From positions 59,334,001 to 59,398,000 of the forward strand of contig OX597828.1 of the NCBI GenBank assembly GCA_951406725.2: a DNA stretch of 64,000 nt, read 5' to 3'. Of this stretch, positions 49,858 through 63,710 are shown piece after piece. Below the pieces are notes generated by a model. That model did not search any database, was not told where the DNA came from, and was given only the letters and a program-made list of their open reading frames with translations. This DNA comes from Octopus vulgaris. Lineage: Eukaryota. Numbering within the stretch: the first letter of the stretch is position 1; the number at the start of each line of letters is the position of its first letter. The position numbers and the translations under genes were made by a program.

Positions 49858-52075
49858 CATGTATTTATGTGTGTGTGTGTTCTCATCTAAGCCTGCCTTG
49901 TCAAGGAAACCCCCCGCTGTGAAAAAACCAAGCCCCGTTTGTCTTACAGGAGTAATTCCCCTTGCAGTGGTTAATCGTAGATATCTTAAAGGCTATTTCA
50001 GAATTTGTTACCAAAGGGCTATGGGTGCCGGTATTATTTATAAACGCTATTTAAAAGCCAGATAAGTGTAACGCCGCCAATGGGGGGCATCGATAAAGCC
50101 GACTGTGTGCCCGTATATACCATCCTGGCCTCTGGCAAACAAAATATGGAAGAGTTCGGAGACACAAAGGTTGCACTGCCTTCTGCCCCTATCAAATGGG
50201 AGGGCCACCGACAAAATTGACCATTCCAGCCTGTAGCTTAAGTTCGTATCCTTCAGTCGCCATATTAGCTTACTGAGTCCCGTGGTCTGGCGCTTGTTCA
50301 TGTCCCGAAAAGTTGCGTAATGGTTGAGACACGCAAGGACAACCTTGAGGATGAGGCCCCTACATAAGTGAAGACATCTGAGTCCGTGTAAACCTTGCAT
50401 TGGTAGACGGCGTTTTTGATCTTGGAGTTCGCCGACGTGAATCTAATTCTGCTAGGATTAGTTTCTGAAATTAGAACTGCGTTCCTGTCACTATATTCGT
50501 TCCGAGACCTGCAGCCGCTTACTACTCTATTTTCCACTACGTCACTATTAACTATAGGAATAACCCCTGATTCTCCACTATCTATCAAAGTGCTGTCATT
50601 GCTACTGCCCGTGGTGCTGCTATTGCGGGAAATGATGCTGGGGATGCTATTGGGGCTCTCTACCCTACTCCCATTGTTACCGTCAACCACAACACCCCTA
50701 TTTATAACTATACCCCTAGTGGGGTACTCCCTGGCTGGAGCTGAGATTATGTGTCACTGTACTGGCTCTCATATCATTATTACTACTATAATTATTCCTA
50801 CTGAGCATTAAAATCACCGGGAGCGGAAGAGGCTGTGCCTCCGGAAAAAGGTGATAGGGTCTTAGTAAGTAGCCTATTATTATGGGAGGCGATTATCTGG
50901 GCGAGGTTTTTAGTGTTGGAGAAAGCTATCCTAACTTTATGCGACAGAGTTAACCGTGGAGTAATATTTGGAATTTCTGGGGAAGTTATTGGCGATGGCT
51001 TGTCTAAACATGAGGGGGAGGTTAGTTCTAATCTGCTTACCAAAGGGGGATTACAAACCATATATGCTTATTCCTATCAGTGTGATGGATCGGGACGCCA
51101 GCTTCTCGCATTCGGGTGGGTGATTCTCGGATGAATGACGGGTCTTGGGTTAGTGTAAGACCTCCCGGACCGATAATTATCCTTGTTCGCTAAATTAAAT
51201 GCGGGAGCGACTACCCCGGCATCCACCGCGCTCCCGTCCTTACTTAAAATGTTAATGTTATTATATACGGCCCTATCCTGATGACCGAATGATGGCATCG
51301 GAAGGGCCGGATCAATATAAATTACCTTCTGCCTATAACCGGCCTTGGATAGTGCGGCGTTATAAAATTCCGCTTTCTGCATAAAAATATCGGCACTAAG
51401 CGGACAAGCCAGACAATCTTTAGAGAGATGTTTTTAACCAAATTGTCTGTTACGGTTTTGGCATGATTTGAGAAGACACTGACATACTTCAAATTAGTGG
51501 AAGGCTTATGGTAAGGGCAGTATGAGTCGCTATTAAGGTTAAGTGTAACGTCTAGGAAATTGGCCTTGGTGAGTTCATTATCAAAAACTATACTCATGCC
51601 CATTCTATTAAAAAACCCTAGCTAACCTCTCTCTTAGTTTTCTGCACTATTCTGTTCGTGGTGTTTTGCAGGTAAAACAGACAATCGTCACGATACAGGC
51701 CGCCCCGCGATCTCCGGGAATTGGTCGGACAATTCGTAGAGAATATATATTCTCCGGACTAAATCGTGTACTATCTGCGCACTATCCATATGTACACCAT
51801 AGGCACATCAAATTCTATTGGGAGTATCTTATGCGATCCACAACTTTATTATCAAACTTAATAAACGATTTCTGGCAACTAAAATGATATCTATCTCTTC
51901 TCTGGTGAGGCCATAGCCTTGTTGTGAGCATGCCAGAGGGCCTTATTTAGCGAAAGGCGCACACTAGGGTTAATCGAGGGGTAGAAGCTGGCGATATCAA
52001 ACTGAATGAACCTAGTACGGTTCTTATTGGGGATGGAAGAGAACCACTTCACTACCTGCGAGGAGTTGGCCCAGA
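49143..52075 (-). mobile_element. Penelope-like element (Naiad-type motifs), 5'-truncated and multiply frameshifted
   Basis: RT: FIQFDIASFYPSI (~52000), FDVPM (~51800), GLYRDD (~51700), FLDVTL..YCPYHKP..YV..SNH. Linker: IWF..P and IIASHNNRLL. GIY-YIG: AVYQC..TYVG, LSKLIWRLK and CNLCVSE (50155-50412). 3' non-coding region contains a hammerhead. Confidence 0.88.
49341..49423 (-). ncRNA. Hammerhead ribozyme motif in the Penelope 3' terminal region, long stem II
   Basis: Minus strand: CTGAAGA-gaaagacacaa...ttgtgcctttc-GAAAC-ac-GTA. Stem I is imperfect. Same orientation as the ORF. Confidence 0.65.
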
Positions 52076-52079
52076 GGCT

Positions 52080-52350
52080 GAGCTTCTGCCCCTCGATTAA
52101 CCCTAGTAAAGTGCTAAATAAGGCCCTCTGGCATGCTCACAACAAGGCTGGCCTCACCAGAGAAGAGATAGATATCATTTTTAGTTGCCAGGAAATCGTT
52201 TATTAAGTTTGATAATAAGTTGTGGATCCGTAAAGATATACTCCCAATGAATTTGATGTGCCTATGGGTAGTTCGGATAGTGCGCAGATAGCCGATTTGG
52301 TCGGAATATATGGCTCCTCTACGAATTGTCCGACCACCCGGTTCTCAACA
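52080..52350 (+). repeat. Inverted duplicate of the Penelope RT segment 51715-51990
   Basis: Reverse complement with small indels. Encodes FDVPMGSSDSAQIADLVGIY. Confidence 0.85.
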
Positions 52351-52433
52351 TACACTGATAAACAGTTTCGCCATGGGCTCTTAGGAGCATAGTTCGATTT
52401 GTTCTTGCTCCGCCTCTGTTCTGTTTTTGTTTT

Positions 52434-52533
52434 NNNNNNNNNNNNNNNNNNNNNNNNNNNNNNNNNNNNNNNNNNNNNNNNNNNNNNNNNNNNNNNNNNN
52501 NNNNNNNNNNNNNNNNNNNNNNNNNNNNNNNNN
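52434..52533. other. Assembly gap (100 N)
   Basis: Run of n. Confidence 1.
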
Positions 52534-52659
52534 CAGTGGGAGATTTATAATAATTTAAAAATAGAAGAGACACATACATTCATAAATACATACATACATA
52601 CATACATACATACATACATACATACATACATACATACATACATACATACATACATACAT

Positions 52660-52958
52660 ACGGCACTCCGTCGGTATCGACGACGAGAGATCCAGTTTGA
52701 TCCTGTCAGCGGAACAACCTGCTCCTGAAATGAACGTGTAAGCACTCCACAAACACGCGTACCCTTAACAAAGTACTCAGGAAAATTCAGCGTGACACAA
52801 AGTGTGACAAGGCTCGTCCTTTGAAATACATGTTTTTGGCAGCTGAGTGGACTGGAGCTACGTGAACTGAAGTGTCTTGCTCAAGAACCAAATGCGCCGC
52901 CGAGAATCGAAGTCACAATCTTACGATCGCGAGCCGAATGCCCTAACCACTAAGCCAA
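52660..52958 (-). mobile_element. SINE family C
   Basis: Minus-strand head tggcttagtggttagggcattcggctcgcgatcg...cttcgattctcgg, then ttcttgagcaagacactt. Confidence 0.75.
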
Positions 52959-53041
52959 TATATGTACACACAAATATATATATATATATATATATTATAT
53001 ATACACATATATATACATATATATATATATTATATATATAC

Positions 53042-53084
<43 letters not shown>

Positions 53085-53214
53085 ACATATATATACACAT
53101 ATATATATATGTATATATATATATATGTGCGACTGTGTGTGTGTATGTGTATGTATGTATGCGTGTATATATATATATGCATTTATGTAATGTATGTATT
53201 CATGTATATATATG

Positions 53215-53270
<56 letters not shown>

Positions 53271-53865
53271 AATATATAAGAATAAATTTTATATATATGT
53301 ATACACACATATACGCCCATATGTATGTAAGTAGGTACGTATTCATGTTTATATAGTTAAGCATGTCTTTGCTAGAGAAATGTTTGTATGGGATTCAGAT
53401 CAGATGGAGTAATGCAACATTACATTGCTTACATTATAAGGAATTTTTTCTGAAAAATATATAATAAATATTTATTTATGGTGATGGCAATTTAAATTTT
53501 ATGACTATGCTCATGGTTATAACATATATAACATGAAATAAGTTTTCTTACATTAATACTTGCCAAATGTTCAGATTCACATTTGTAATCGTTTAGATAT
53601 GAATAATATATTGGTTTAGTAAGTTCGTTGGCATTCTGGAAAAATTTGTGTTTAGTAAGAGAAGTTATAATAACTTTTATGTTAATTATTGCTATAAATT
53701 ATTATGTTAATGCTCATTAATATTCGTGATGTATGAACTAAATTTCTTTGTTTAAATTTAATTACTAGATTTGTTAGTTTATTGCTATGCTTTGCAATTT
53801 ATAATCAACATGATTAAAACTATGATGATAATAATAATAATATTAATAATAATAATAATAATAAT

Positions 53866-54179
53866 GTCGAGAGGGATTCTTTGGGGTTTGAATAGTTCAC
53901 CTCTGGAAACATGGGTGGTTCTTTCAACATCCTTAAACAACCCTTATTCAGGGACCGTTTGAGCGGGATGGGCTACTCAACCTGAAGAAAATTCTAATTG
54001 GGCCCCACCTGCAAGGTCATGTGCTGTTTATCTTGATATGAGATCACCATGTCGCGCACATATGGTTGTGATGCATGTGCCTGGTGTACCTTTATCAGAC
54101 GGGTAGTCATGATGGGTATATTGGGCTTCGTATAATTTACCCCAGTGTCACTTTGATGGCATGAACTGCTCTCTCACTC
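53866..54179 (+). mobile_element. Unclassified retroposon 3' fragment embedded in (TAA)n
   Basis: GC-richer 314-bp insert with sharp (AAT)n borders on both sides. Confidence 0.5.
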
Positions 54180-54200
54180 AATAATAATAATAATAATAAT

Positions 54201-54260
<60 letters not shown>

Positions 54261-54264
54261 TATA

Positions 54265-54541
<277 letters not shown>

Positions 54542-54573
54542 TAATAATAATAATAATATTAATAATAATAATA

Positions 54574-54626
<53 letters not shown>

Positions 54627-54628
<2 letters not shown>

Positions 54629-55033
54629 TTAGCAAATATAAAGATCTTGAAATAGAAATCAGCAAAATGTGGAACCTGAAGACTAAAACAATACCTGTTG
54701 TCATAGGTGCCTTGGGAATGATAGCAAAAGGGGCTGATCGCTACCTAACTCAGATACCAAGAAACCCCAAAATGGCAGAAATTCAAAAGATAGTGCTCAT
54801 GGGAACTGCTCATATCCTACGCAAAATACTTTCTATGTAATCTCAAGTTTTAAAACAAACATACTTTTCGGTTTTTTTTTTTTTGACATTCACTAGTACA
54901 ACACTAAATACAAAACCAAATATATGGCACACCAGGCATAACAACACCACGAACTTCCAACCTGTTGTCTCTTGAGGGCTCTGGGTGAGACTTGGAGCCA
55001 ACTTGTACAAATATAAAGCAAAAGTCAAACATA

Positions 55034-55034
<1 letters not shown>
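54627..55034 (+). mobile_element. 5'-truncated R4/Dong-type element in (TAA)n
   Basis: LSKYKDLEIEISKMWNLKTKTIPVVIGALG...IQKIVLMGTAHILRKILSM* (54627-54840) plus 3' UTR, with (TAA)n on both sides. Confidence 0.85.
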
Positions 55035-55085
<51 letters not shown>

Positions 55086-55229
55086 TAAAAAAAAAAAAAT
55101 AATAATGATAACGATTTCAAATTTTTGCCACAAGGGCTGCTTGAGGAAGAGGGTTAATTTTGATTCTATATCTTCAGGAGGCGTTACCTCAATCCTTTAT
55201 ATATTAACCAAAATGAAGTAAATTGACAA

Positions 55230-55878
55230 AATTATTTTTTGAACCAGTTGAAGACACACGAGGGTCGAAATATCTTTCACCAGATAACAATGGCACTCTT
55301 CTTTTAACAGCAAGTTTCAAGACGACATATCATTTGATGCATGTTCAGTTCGTGTGGTACCCACTTGTCCAGCTTCTTTACCTTGTTTCAGATGATCCAG
55401 TACAGTTGGAATCAAACCTAGCAGCTAACTCACGCGTAGTTTGTGACGTATCCGCTTCCGCTACAATTTCCCGCTCATCATTATCCACCTTAGTCTCAGG
55501 TCTATCATGCAGCTGATTTTCAAAAGTAAAGTCATCAGATCGGAACTTCTCAAACCATCGACGTACAGTGCGTTCATTCGCCGCACATCTTCACCAAACA
55601 CCTCATTGATGTTTGAAGCTGTCTAGGATACATTGGTTCCACAACGTAACTCATATTCATAAACAACAGGAATTTTTAATTTATCCATGAGTTCACACAG
55701 ATTGATTTACTAGAGAAAACTCAATATAATCAGACACCATGAATTGCATTTCGAAAAGTGATGATGTAACTCTTCAATGTTGTAAAACAAAGAATTGTAA
55801 GGATAAAACAATAGAGTTAACGACTGTCAAACTTGGTGCATAGGAAAATCAGTCATTTCATTCTTAATGACCTGCTAT
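55230..55878 (-). pseudogene. Mariner transposase 5' relic
   Basis: Minus strand NERTVRRWFEKFRS (HTH) and KKLDKWVPHEL. TIR-like end near 55850-55878. Confidence 0.8.
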
Positions 55879-56717
55879 ATGATTGATTCTGATTGATTGA
55901 TTGATTCTAGTTTCAGCTCACAGTTACAAGAGTTACAACCTCTTCTGTGATTTTTTTGCTACCCTGGTAACTATTTATCTATTTTTTCCGTGTTAATTGT
56001 TGACAAGGGAAAAATACACACATCTATATATCTTTTCCTCTTTTATTTGTTTCAGTCATTTGACTGTGGCCATGCTGGAGCACCGCCTTTATATATATAT
56101 ATATATGTATATTATCGACCACAGATAGTCATTGCATGTGTTTTGTTTGTTCACCGGTTCGCTGTGTATAGCGATTGGGGGATGACTCCCCCCGTTATGC
56201 TGGGTATTAAAACATCTGAAAGTCATTCAGGTGTGATAGATACCGATATTTTGCCATTTTTGTGGCTTATCAACATGACATAAATGAATTGAACCGTGAA
56301 CGAAGCGTATCGCCAAACCATGACTGTGTATAAATGGTGTAAAAATTACTTGCTGGTATGCTATGGTTGATGAATATGTACGATAAAATTCAATAACGAA
56401 TTAAAAGCAGCGGTAGTGTTTTAACCATTAACGATTGCATATGCTAAGTGCATGTGCGGTCGAGGCATAAAAGAAAATAAATTAAAACATAAAAAATGCA
56501 TACATATATCTATTTGTATATGCACATATATACATATATATATACAGTTCTAACTGTTTATAAAAACTGAAATAGATAAAACAATATGATGAAGCTATAT
56601 AAAATTAAATATTTTATACAGATATATACTTACATATGTATATTCATATATAGACGCATATACACTACTAACAAACATATTTAGACGAGGCTAAACGTGC
56701 ACAAAGGTAATTTGTGT

Positions 56718-56792
<75 letters not shown>

Positions 56793-56879
56793 CAAACACA
56801 CACACATACCTAAAAATACATACATACCTACACACACACACATATATATATGTATAAATTAATAATTGTATCTATTTAT

Positions 56880-57585
56880 TAATTAATAATTAAGTGTACT
56901 ACAGGTAGTAGCGGCACGTTAAAGATAGCAGTCAGAAGACAACTACAACCACAAATTTTGACTGATACACATTATTTAAAGTTAGGGGAATGAGCAAGAA
57001 TTCCAAGCCCCGTAGCAATAGCGAAAAGAATCGTAAATTGAAAAGCCACATATACCCGTATTTTTCCGACTTCAATTAATAATTCTTTACCTCCTGATAT
57101 ATTTTTACGCATGCTATGCCACTTCATATTATTATAAACAATAATATCCTTATATATATTTTTATAATCTATTATTCACTCCGATCACCATTTTAAATTT
57201 TCCGCGGCATTAAAAGCGGTCATCGCGCATATTTGTTGAGAAGGGAAAGATCTATGACGCTTGGGTTAGTGAGACACGCTGAGGGCAACTAAGTGGCACT
57301 TCCACAATGTTCGAAGAAGTGACGATACGGCTATGTCTGCCTTTTCAATTTACGATTCTTTTCGCTATAGGTAGGGGCTTAGAATCTTTGCTCATTTCCT
57401 CGACTTAAATTAATGCGTATCAGTGAAAGTTTGTGGTTGTAGTTGTCTTTGGACTGCTATTTCTAGCGTGCCAGCGCTGCCTGTATTACCCTTAACTATT
57501 AACTAATAATTTTTTGCCTCATGATATTTTTTTACGCAAGCTATACTACTTGACATTCTAGTAAACAATGAATATCCTTATATAT
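56880..57585. repeat. Old inverted + direct repeat module (Penelope-pLTR-like) with decayed hammerhead at 57283-57342
   Basis: ~56880-57045 is inverted to ~57341-57505, and ~57075-57160 repeats directly at ~57497-57585. Confidence 0.7.
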
Positions 57586-57594
57586 CTATATCTA

Positions 57595-57769
<175 letters not shown>

Positions 57770-59364
57770 GATATAGAGATTCTTCATACATACGTTTAAC
57801 TGTTTTTAAAGAATCTGAGATAAAGTGATTCGTTTGGCTATAAATTCCCATAAGAAGGATTATGAGATTGGAAGAATTAGATAGACTAAAAAGTAAAGTT
57901 AGGAAGAAAATAGAAAAAAAAACGGTTTGATGATAGTTAGATGAAGTGATAACATTGTGTAACGAAATTTATTATTTTTTATTTTGTCTTTGGTCAGTAA
58001 GTGTCATTTCATATCTGCTTCTATCTAGAAATTAAAGGAAATGACTACTATTCACTTCAGACCATGCTTTTGCAACTTGGACATCAATGGTTTAAAACTG
58101 CTTATTTTCCATTATATTTCAGACAGACTCTACGCTGACTTGCTGTAGCAGAATTTTTTAGAACTTTCTGGAAGTTTCAAGAACTTTCGAGAAGTTTCTA
58201 AAAGTTTCAAGAATGCTACTTTTGAATCATACGTCGTTTTGTTCCTAATTTGCGTGGATGAGAATGTTCACATTTGCCAGTTTTCCCATAGGAATAAATA
58301 GATTTCAGAAATATCGTTATAGAAAATATTCTACTCAATACCACAGATTTATTTGTCAGTTGCTTGACCATAACCACTTGAGCATGTCCCTTAGTGGCCG
58401 ACGATATGTGCATCTCTGGTCAGGAGCAGAAGTAGTGTGGTAGCATCATAGCCATGTACCGAGAGGGAATTTTTGGGTGTGAATAAATCTAACAAAAGCA
58501 AAGTTAGAACGAAATATTAACTATTTTTCATACTTTCCAGGGGTAAGCAAATAGGAAATAACAGTTGCTACACGAGGACAAAAGTCGTGTTACACAGTGC
58601 AATAGGTGAGTGTCCTTTTGCACGTATTTATTGTCTCTAAAACCTACTTTTATAAATCTAATTTTCTTTCTTTCGAGTCGACATAACGTCTACCCTAACT
58701 GGTCTCTCTAAGTTTTTCATCTTCATAATAATTCTAATGAGAACCTATAACCAAACGGGCCCCTTTAATACATTTTTGTATTTCTATTTATTTTGATTTC
58801 ATGTATATCTTATCGATGCATCTTTTATTTTTATTTTGGTTTCATGTATATATATTTTTTATTTATCTATGCATTTTTTTATCAGTGTATTTAATTTGGT
58901 TTTTGACGGTAATTGTATCATGTCCCTCTTTGTCTGAGAACAGCTAAAATGCATCATCTACCCAGCTATACATTATTATAAGGAAACGTGAAATGGCAAG
59001 AAGTGATAACTAGGAACTTGTTTAAAAAGTCACCCAAAGAGGCATGTTCTACACCTGCACGTGTTATGCAAGTCAATTGATCTGCACAACATCATATAGG
59101 TACGGGAATTAGTCGAAACAATTGTATTGGTTTGAATAAAGAAACTTGTAAGTTCCCTTTTTTGTCTTTGATTTATTTATATAAGGTGCACGAACACTGG
59201 AATTCCTGAAGTAAATCCAGTATCGTGTGTATTTCTACAGTATGATGACATCAGGTACCAATAACTGTAGACGTGCTTTACATAGCATTCTCTAAGGCTT
59301 TTATCTTAATATAACTACACCACACACACACACACACACACATACACACACACACACACACATT

Positions 59365-60345
59365 CACTCAAGTTTGAAAAGTTCATAGGCTGACTACAAA
59401 AGTATGACGCTAGAGCTGTGAAATTTTGCATGCATTAATTTCAATCCTTCTTATACATTGTCTTTCCAGGTAAACTGACATTTGCCTGTTCAACCTTAAT
59501 AGCGACGTCTCTTCAAAAATAGGCAAAATTTGTCATCGTCGTGTTATTAATTACTTACAGAAAATAAGATTAGCTCCCAAGGATATTTATGCTGATGTGG
59601 TTGCTACATAAGAGGATGACACTCCAGCTTTATCAACAGCGCAAAAGAGGGGAAGGGAGATTCTTGAAGATGATGTTCCGCATCTGCCACCATCGAAGAA
59701 AACATGGTGATGGATGACAGGCGATTGAAATGTAAATCAAATAGTGAATGATATTAGCACGTTCCGTGAGGGAGTTGAGAATATTCTGCAAAATGAGTTT
59801 GATGAAGTTCTCTGCTTGTTGGGTGCCATGTTTTCTGACACCTGATTAAGAGCGCATCAGGCTGATCACATCACGGGAAAATCTGACACGGTTCCAGGCG
59901 GCTCTAGCTGGTCTCCTCGAAGTTTTCTAAACCAGGATGAGTGTTGGGTTAATCACTTTAAGCCAGAAACAAAGAGATAACCCATCCAGTGGAAACATCC
60001 CTCCTAACCTGCTCTAAAAATCCTTTGAAAAGGTGGTTTCACCTGCATGGGAGGTGATGATCTCAGTGTTTTGGGATGCAAAAGGCATTGTGTTTATTGA
60101 CTATCTTGAGAAGGGCCATAGCATCAATGTAGAGTGTTATGCCAAATTGCTGGAGCAGTTGCGAAAGACTATTAAGATCAGATGCCTTTTAAAACCGACG
60201 AAAGAGGTTTTGTTTCATCAGGACAATGCTCCAGCACACAAGTCTTTGTTTCAATGACTGCTCTACCTGACTTTGACTTTGAACTGGTTGATCTGCCTTT
60301 GGCTCCATCTGACTATCATCTGTTCTCCAGTATGAAAAAAACATT
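59365..60345 (+). pseudogene. Mariner transposase relic (near full length, decayed)
   Basis: WVP..LT, QDECWV, VMISVFWDAKGIVFIDYL, LFHQDNAPAH and LAPSDYHLF (DDD-triad motifs), with stops and frameshifts. Confidence 0.85.
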
Positions 60346-60849
60346 TGGATGAAACTTTTGATCAGTATTCATGATTATGTAGTTCTAGCATCCAAGGCGA
60401 GGATCAGAATTAACATAACAAGTCAAATACCAGATACCTTTAAAACCACAGGTCTAGTCATACTATCTTTCCCCCAACAACATACCAGCCATATTCTATT
60501 AAAAAGGTATCTAGCCACTTGGATGGCAATAGTACATTGCCAGATGAGCAGATTTAAGAAAAAAGAAAGAAAGAAAAGCATATGATGTATCATTTTATAT
60601 ATCTATATCACACCTTTGGATTTTAGAAATACCCTACGGAAGTAAAATAGCCTCAATACTAAAACAATACTAAAATAATACTAAAACAATACTAAAACAA
60701 TACTAAAACAAAGTTAAAATAGAAAACACATCTGCAGCCTAATTCTGCCTCTTTTATACAATGAAGTGATCCACTTTTGATAGAATGTAAATAGTAATCA
60801 ATTGCTTGTAGGATAACCAATGTGTAACCACAGTCGTATCTAACAGTCC

Positions 60850-61060
60850 TTTCTACCATAGGCACAAGACCTTAAAATTGGGGGGGGGGCTAGTTTATTA
60901 TATAAACCCCAATACTTTCAGCTGGTACTTGTTTTATCGACCCCAAAAGGGTGAAAAGCAGAGTTAACTTTAGAGGAATTTGAACTGAGAACGTAAAGCC
61001 GGAAGAAAAGTCGCTTATAATTTTGTCAATTGTGCTAAAGATTCAACTAGCTCGCCGCTT
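60850..61060 (-). mobile_element. SINE family B, diverged
   Basis: tatcgaccccaaaagggtgaaa...ggaatttgaact...agctcgccgc. Confidence 0.7.
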
Positions 61061-61079
61061 TTTACGGTCGCATCTAAAT

Positions 61080-62300
61080 AATAGCATTTGTTTGATGCCT
61101 GTTGATTAGATTCCCACTGAAGCTGAGTTTTAAGAAGTCTGCACCTTCTCGACTGCACTAACTCCAAACAAGCGCCAGACTCGTTGCTAGCACTTAGTCA
61201 AAATTTGCATGAATGACATCCCGCTTATTTGTAGCATTCTCCAACCGCGTTGCCCCTTCTCACTTTCGCTGTTAGACGCCATACGTCGTGGATGACACTT
61301 GTAAGTTTTGCATAAAGCTAGTAGTATACAGCATCAAACCAGAGGCTTTTCCTTCACGTTTCACATATACTTTCACTGAAAGCGTCGGCTGGCAGTTTAA
61401 GTTGGTACAAAAGTTTATTGCTCTCTCCCTCTCTCTCTCTCTCTCTACCTTGCAGTTCCTTCGCTCGCCCCGATAAAGATGAGTAAACTGCTGCAGCAAA
61501 TTTTGCATACGTCTCGTGAAACATTCACCCGTCTCAGTCCTTGAAAGAACAAATCGTAAATTTGTTGTTACGTCGTGCACCTGCAGCTCGAGCTACATTC
61601 ATCCCTCTATGTCCAAGATCATGTGTCTGCTGACACATTCTTCGTGTTTTTTGCCAGCACGTCGGTTGCAATGGTTTCACTAATTACCACTTCTAACTTA
61701 CTCATTAATTCTCGTAATGTACCGATTCTGCTTAAATCGCCATCACCAATGCAAAACTGATGTAGTATACAACTGCCTCTCATTGATGATCATGTTCATC
61801 AACAGCCGCTGAAATCTCCAATAGGGCAAGTGTAAGTGTTGCTCTTCGTGAATATCACTTTCAACTTCAAGTAATCTACGAATGAGTTTCATCTAAATCA
61901 ACCGCATAGTATACAGGTGTGCGTCTGTGTAGTTAGTCGTACTGCAGTATTTATCGTTTACATCATTGAATTAGATCTGGGATATTTTTCAGTTTCCAAT
62001 TTTTACGAGAGTAAGATCTTCAGTCTAACTCTACCAATATTCCCATCCATATCTTTTAACGTCAAGGTGAGTGTAACCTCCACCAAACACGATGCACGCT
62101 ACAACCTATCAATTATCCAACTCTAATGAGACATTAGCTGTCGTCACTCTCATTATCTGTCATTCTTAATAACTGTGAGTGAAAACTAATTCCTCAGTTC
62201 TACAGGAACAACGAAAGGCTTGAAGAGCAATTGCTCTTCGACAGAGCCGAATTGTCGGATTCTAGTGATGAAATCTATATCTCTGTTACTCGTGTTTCGT
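61080..62300 (-). pseudogene. Possible highly decayed Gypsy pol relic
   Basis: GC-richer block. Minus-strand fragments KNVSAD, HDLGHRG (HHCC-like) and WRLFGV..KVQTS occur in RNaseH-to-integrase order. Weak motif matches only. Confidence 0.35.
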
Positions 62301-62959
62301 TCCATCTGAAGGCAATCTACTGAGGGCTTATCTGATAATTGTCTTTGACGAATAAAATTCAAATAGCGGAATAATATAACATTAAACATTAAGTGCTTCA
62401 ATATATGGAAGAAATTTTATGCCTCTATCAATTTAAATCCTGTGCATTCTTGATGTGGAGGATTATTTAATGGTTGAGAATTTTATGTATAATTTCATAT
62501 CAAGTTTTGTAGTAGAATATCTACCAGTAATTTTCAAAAGAATGTTCGAATCTTTTGATTCTCTGTGAGTGTTAATACATGTAACATATCGTTTTACTTA
62601 TCATAAATAGTATATATATATATACATATATGCTGAGTTAAAATGTAAGTGTTAAATTTTCTTTTCTCTGGTCGTTTGCCCGGTTTCTGTTGGTCTGATT
62701 TGATTTTCAGTGATTTTGGAGGCTTGTTTTAAGTGTTTTAACTGTTATTTTTCGCTATCTGGTACTTAGTGTACCCTCTATTATGATTATTTATTAATTA
62801 TAAAATTATACTTATTTACCATATAACAACATTATTGCTTGTTGGCCACTAATATTACTGCTGTTGTTGTTATTATTATTATTATTATTAAATTCTTTAT
62901 ATATTTACTGCTAATGATAATAATAATATGTATATGAATATTCAATCCAATATTTATAC

Positions 62960-63011
<52 letters not shown>

Positions 63012-63319
63012 AAGAAGAATTAGGTATGATAACATTCACGTCTTCACAAAACTTTAAAAAGTTTTATGCAAAGTTTTGTTAAACAAAAAGAAGTGAAACT
63101 GCAAGCATTGTATATGCCAAGCAGAAAAATTTATATTTTTATTGCATTAAAGTGCCAATAACACAAAGTATTTTCGTACAACAAAAAATATTCCCCGAGG
63201 CTAGAAAAGATATTCGAATATTGTCTTGGTCATTTCTTTTTTATGTAAGTAAATAGGGGAAGTAAACTCGTTTATAAAGAAAGTTTATAAGGATTTTTCA
63301 GGCAAAACTAAAAACGATA

Positions 63320-63368
63320 CACAACCTTGTTAGTAGATTTGGTAGACGGAAACTGAAATAAGCCCGTC

Positions 63369-63427
<59 letters not shown>

Positions 63428-63710
63428 TGTATGTATGTATGTATGTATGTATGTATGTGTGTGTGTGTGTGTGCATGTGTGTGTGTACGTATTGATGTTT
63501 GTAACCCACGTACGCTTGACAACCGGCGTTGGTGTGTATACATCCCTGTAACTTAGCGGTACGGCAAATGACAAATCGAATAAGTAAGAGGCTTGAAAAG
63601 TAAGTTCTGGGCTCGATGCGTTCGACTAAAAGTTTCCAAGGTTGTGCCCCAGCGTGACCGTAGTGCAAATGACTGAACATGTAAAAGATAAAAAAATAAA
63701 AGAAGAGACA
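63320..63710 (+). mobile_element. SINE family A, headless
   Basis: gatttggtagacggaaactgaaa...gcttgacaaccgg...aaatgactgaa. Confidence 0.75.

Noticed and set aside
51077-51079. Selenocysteine UGA in the Penelope ORF
   Set aside because: Immediately followed by in-frame TAG and not at a recognisable conserved Cys; a frameshift is the simpler explanation.
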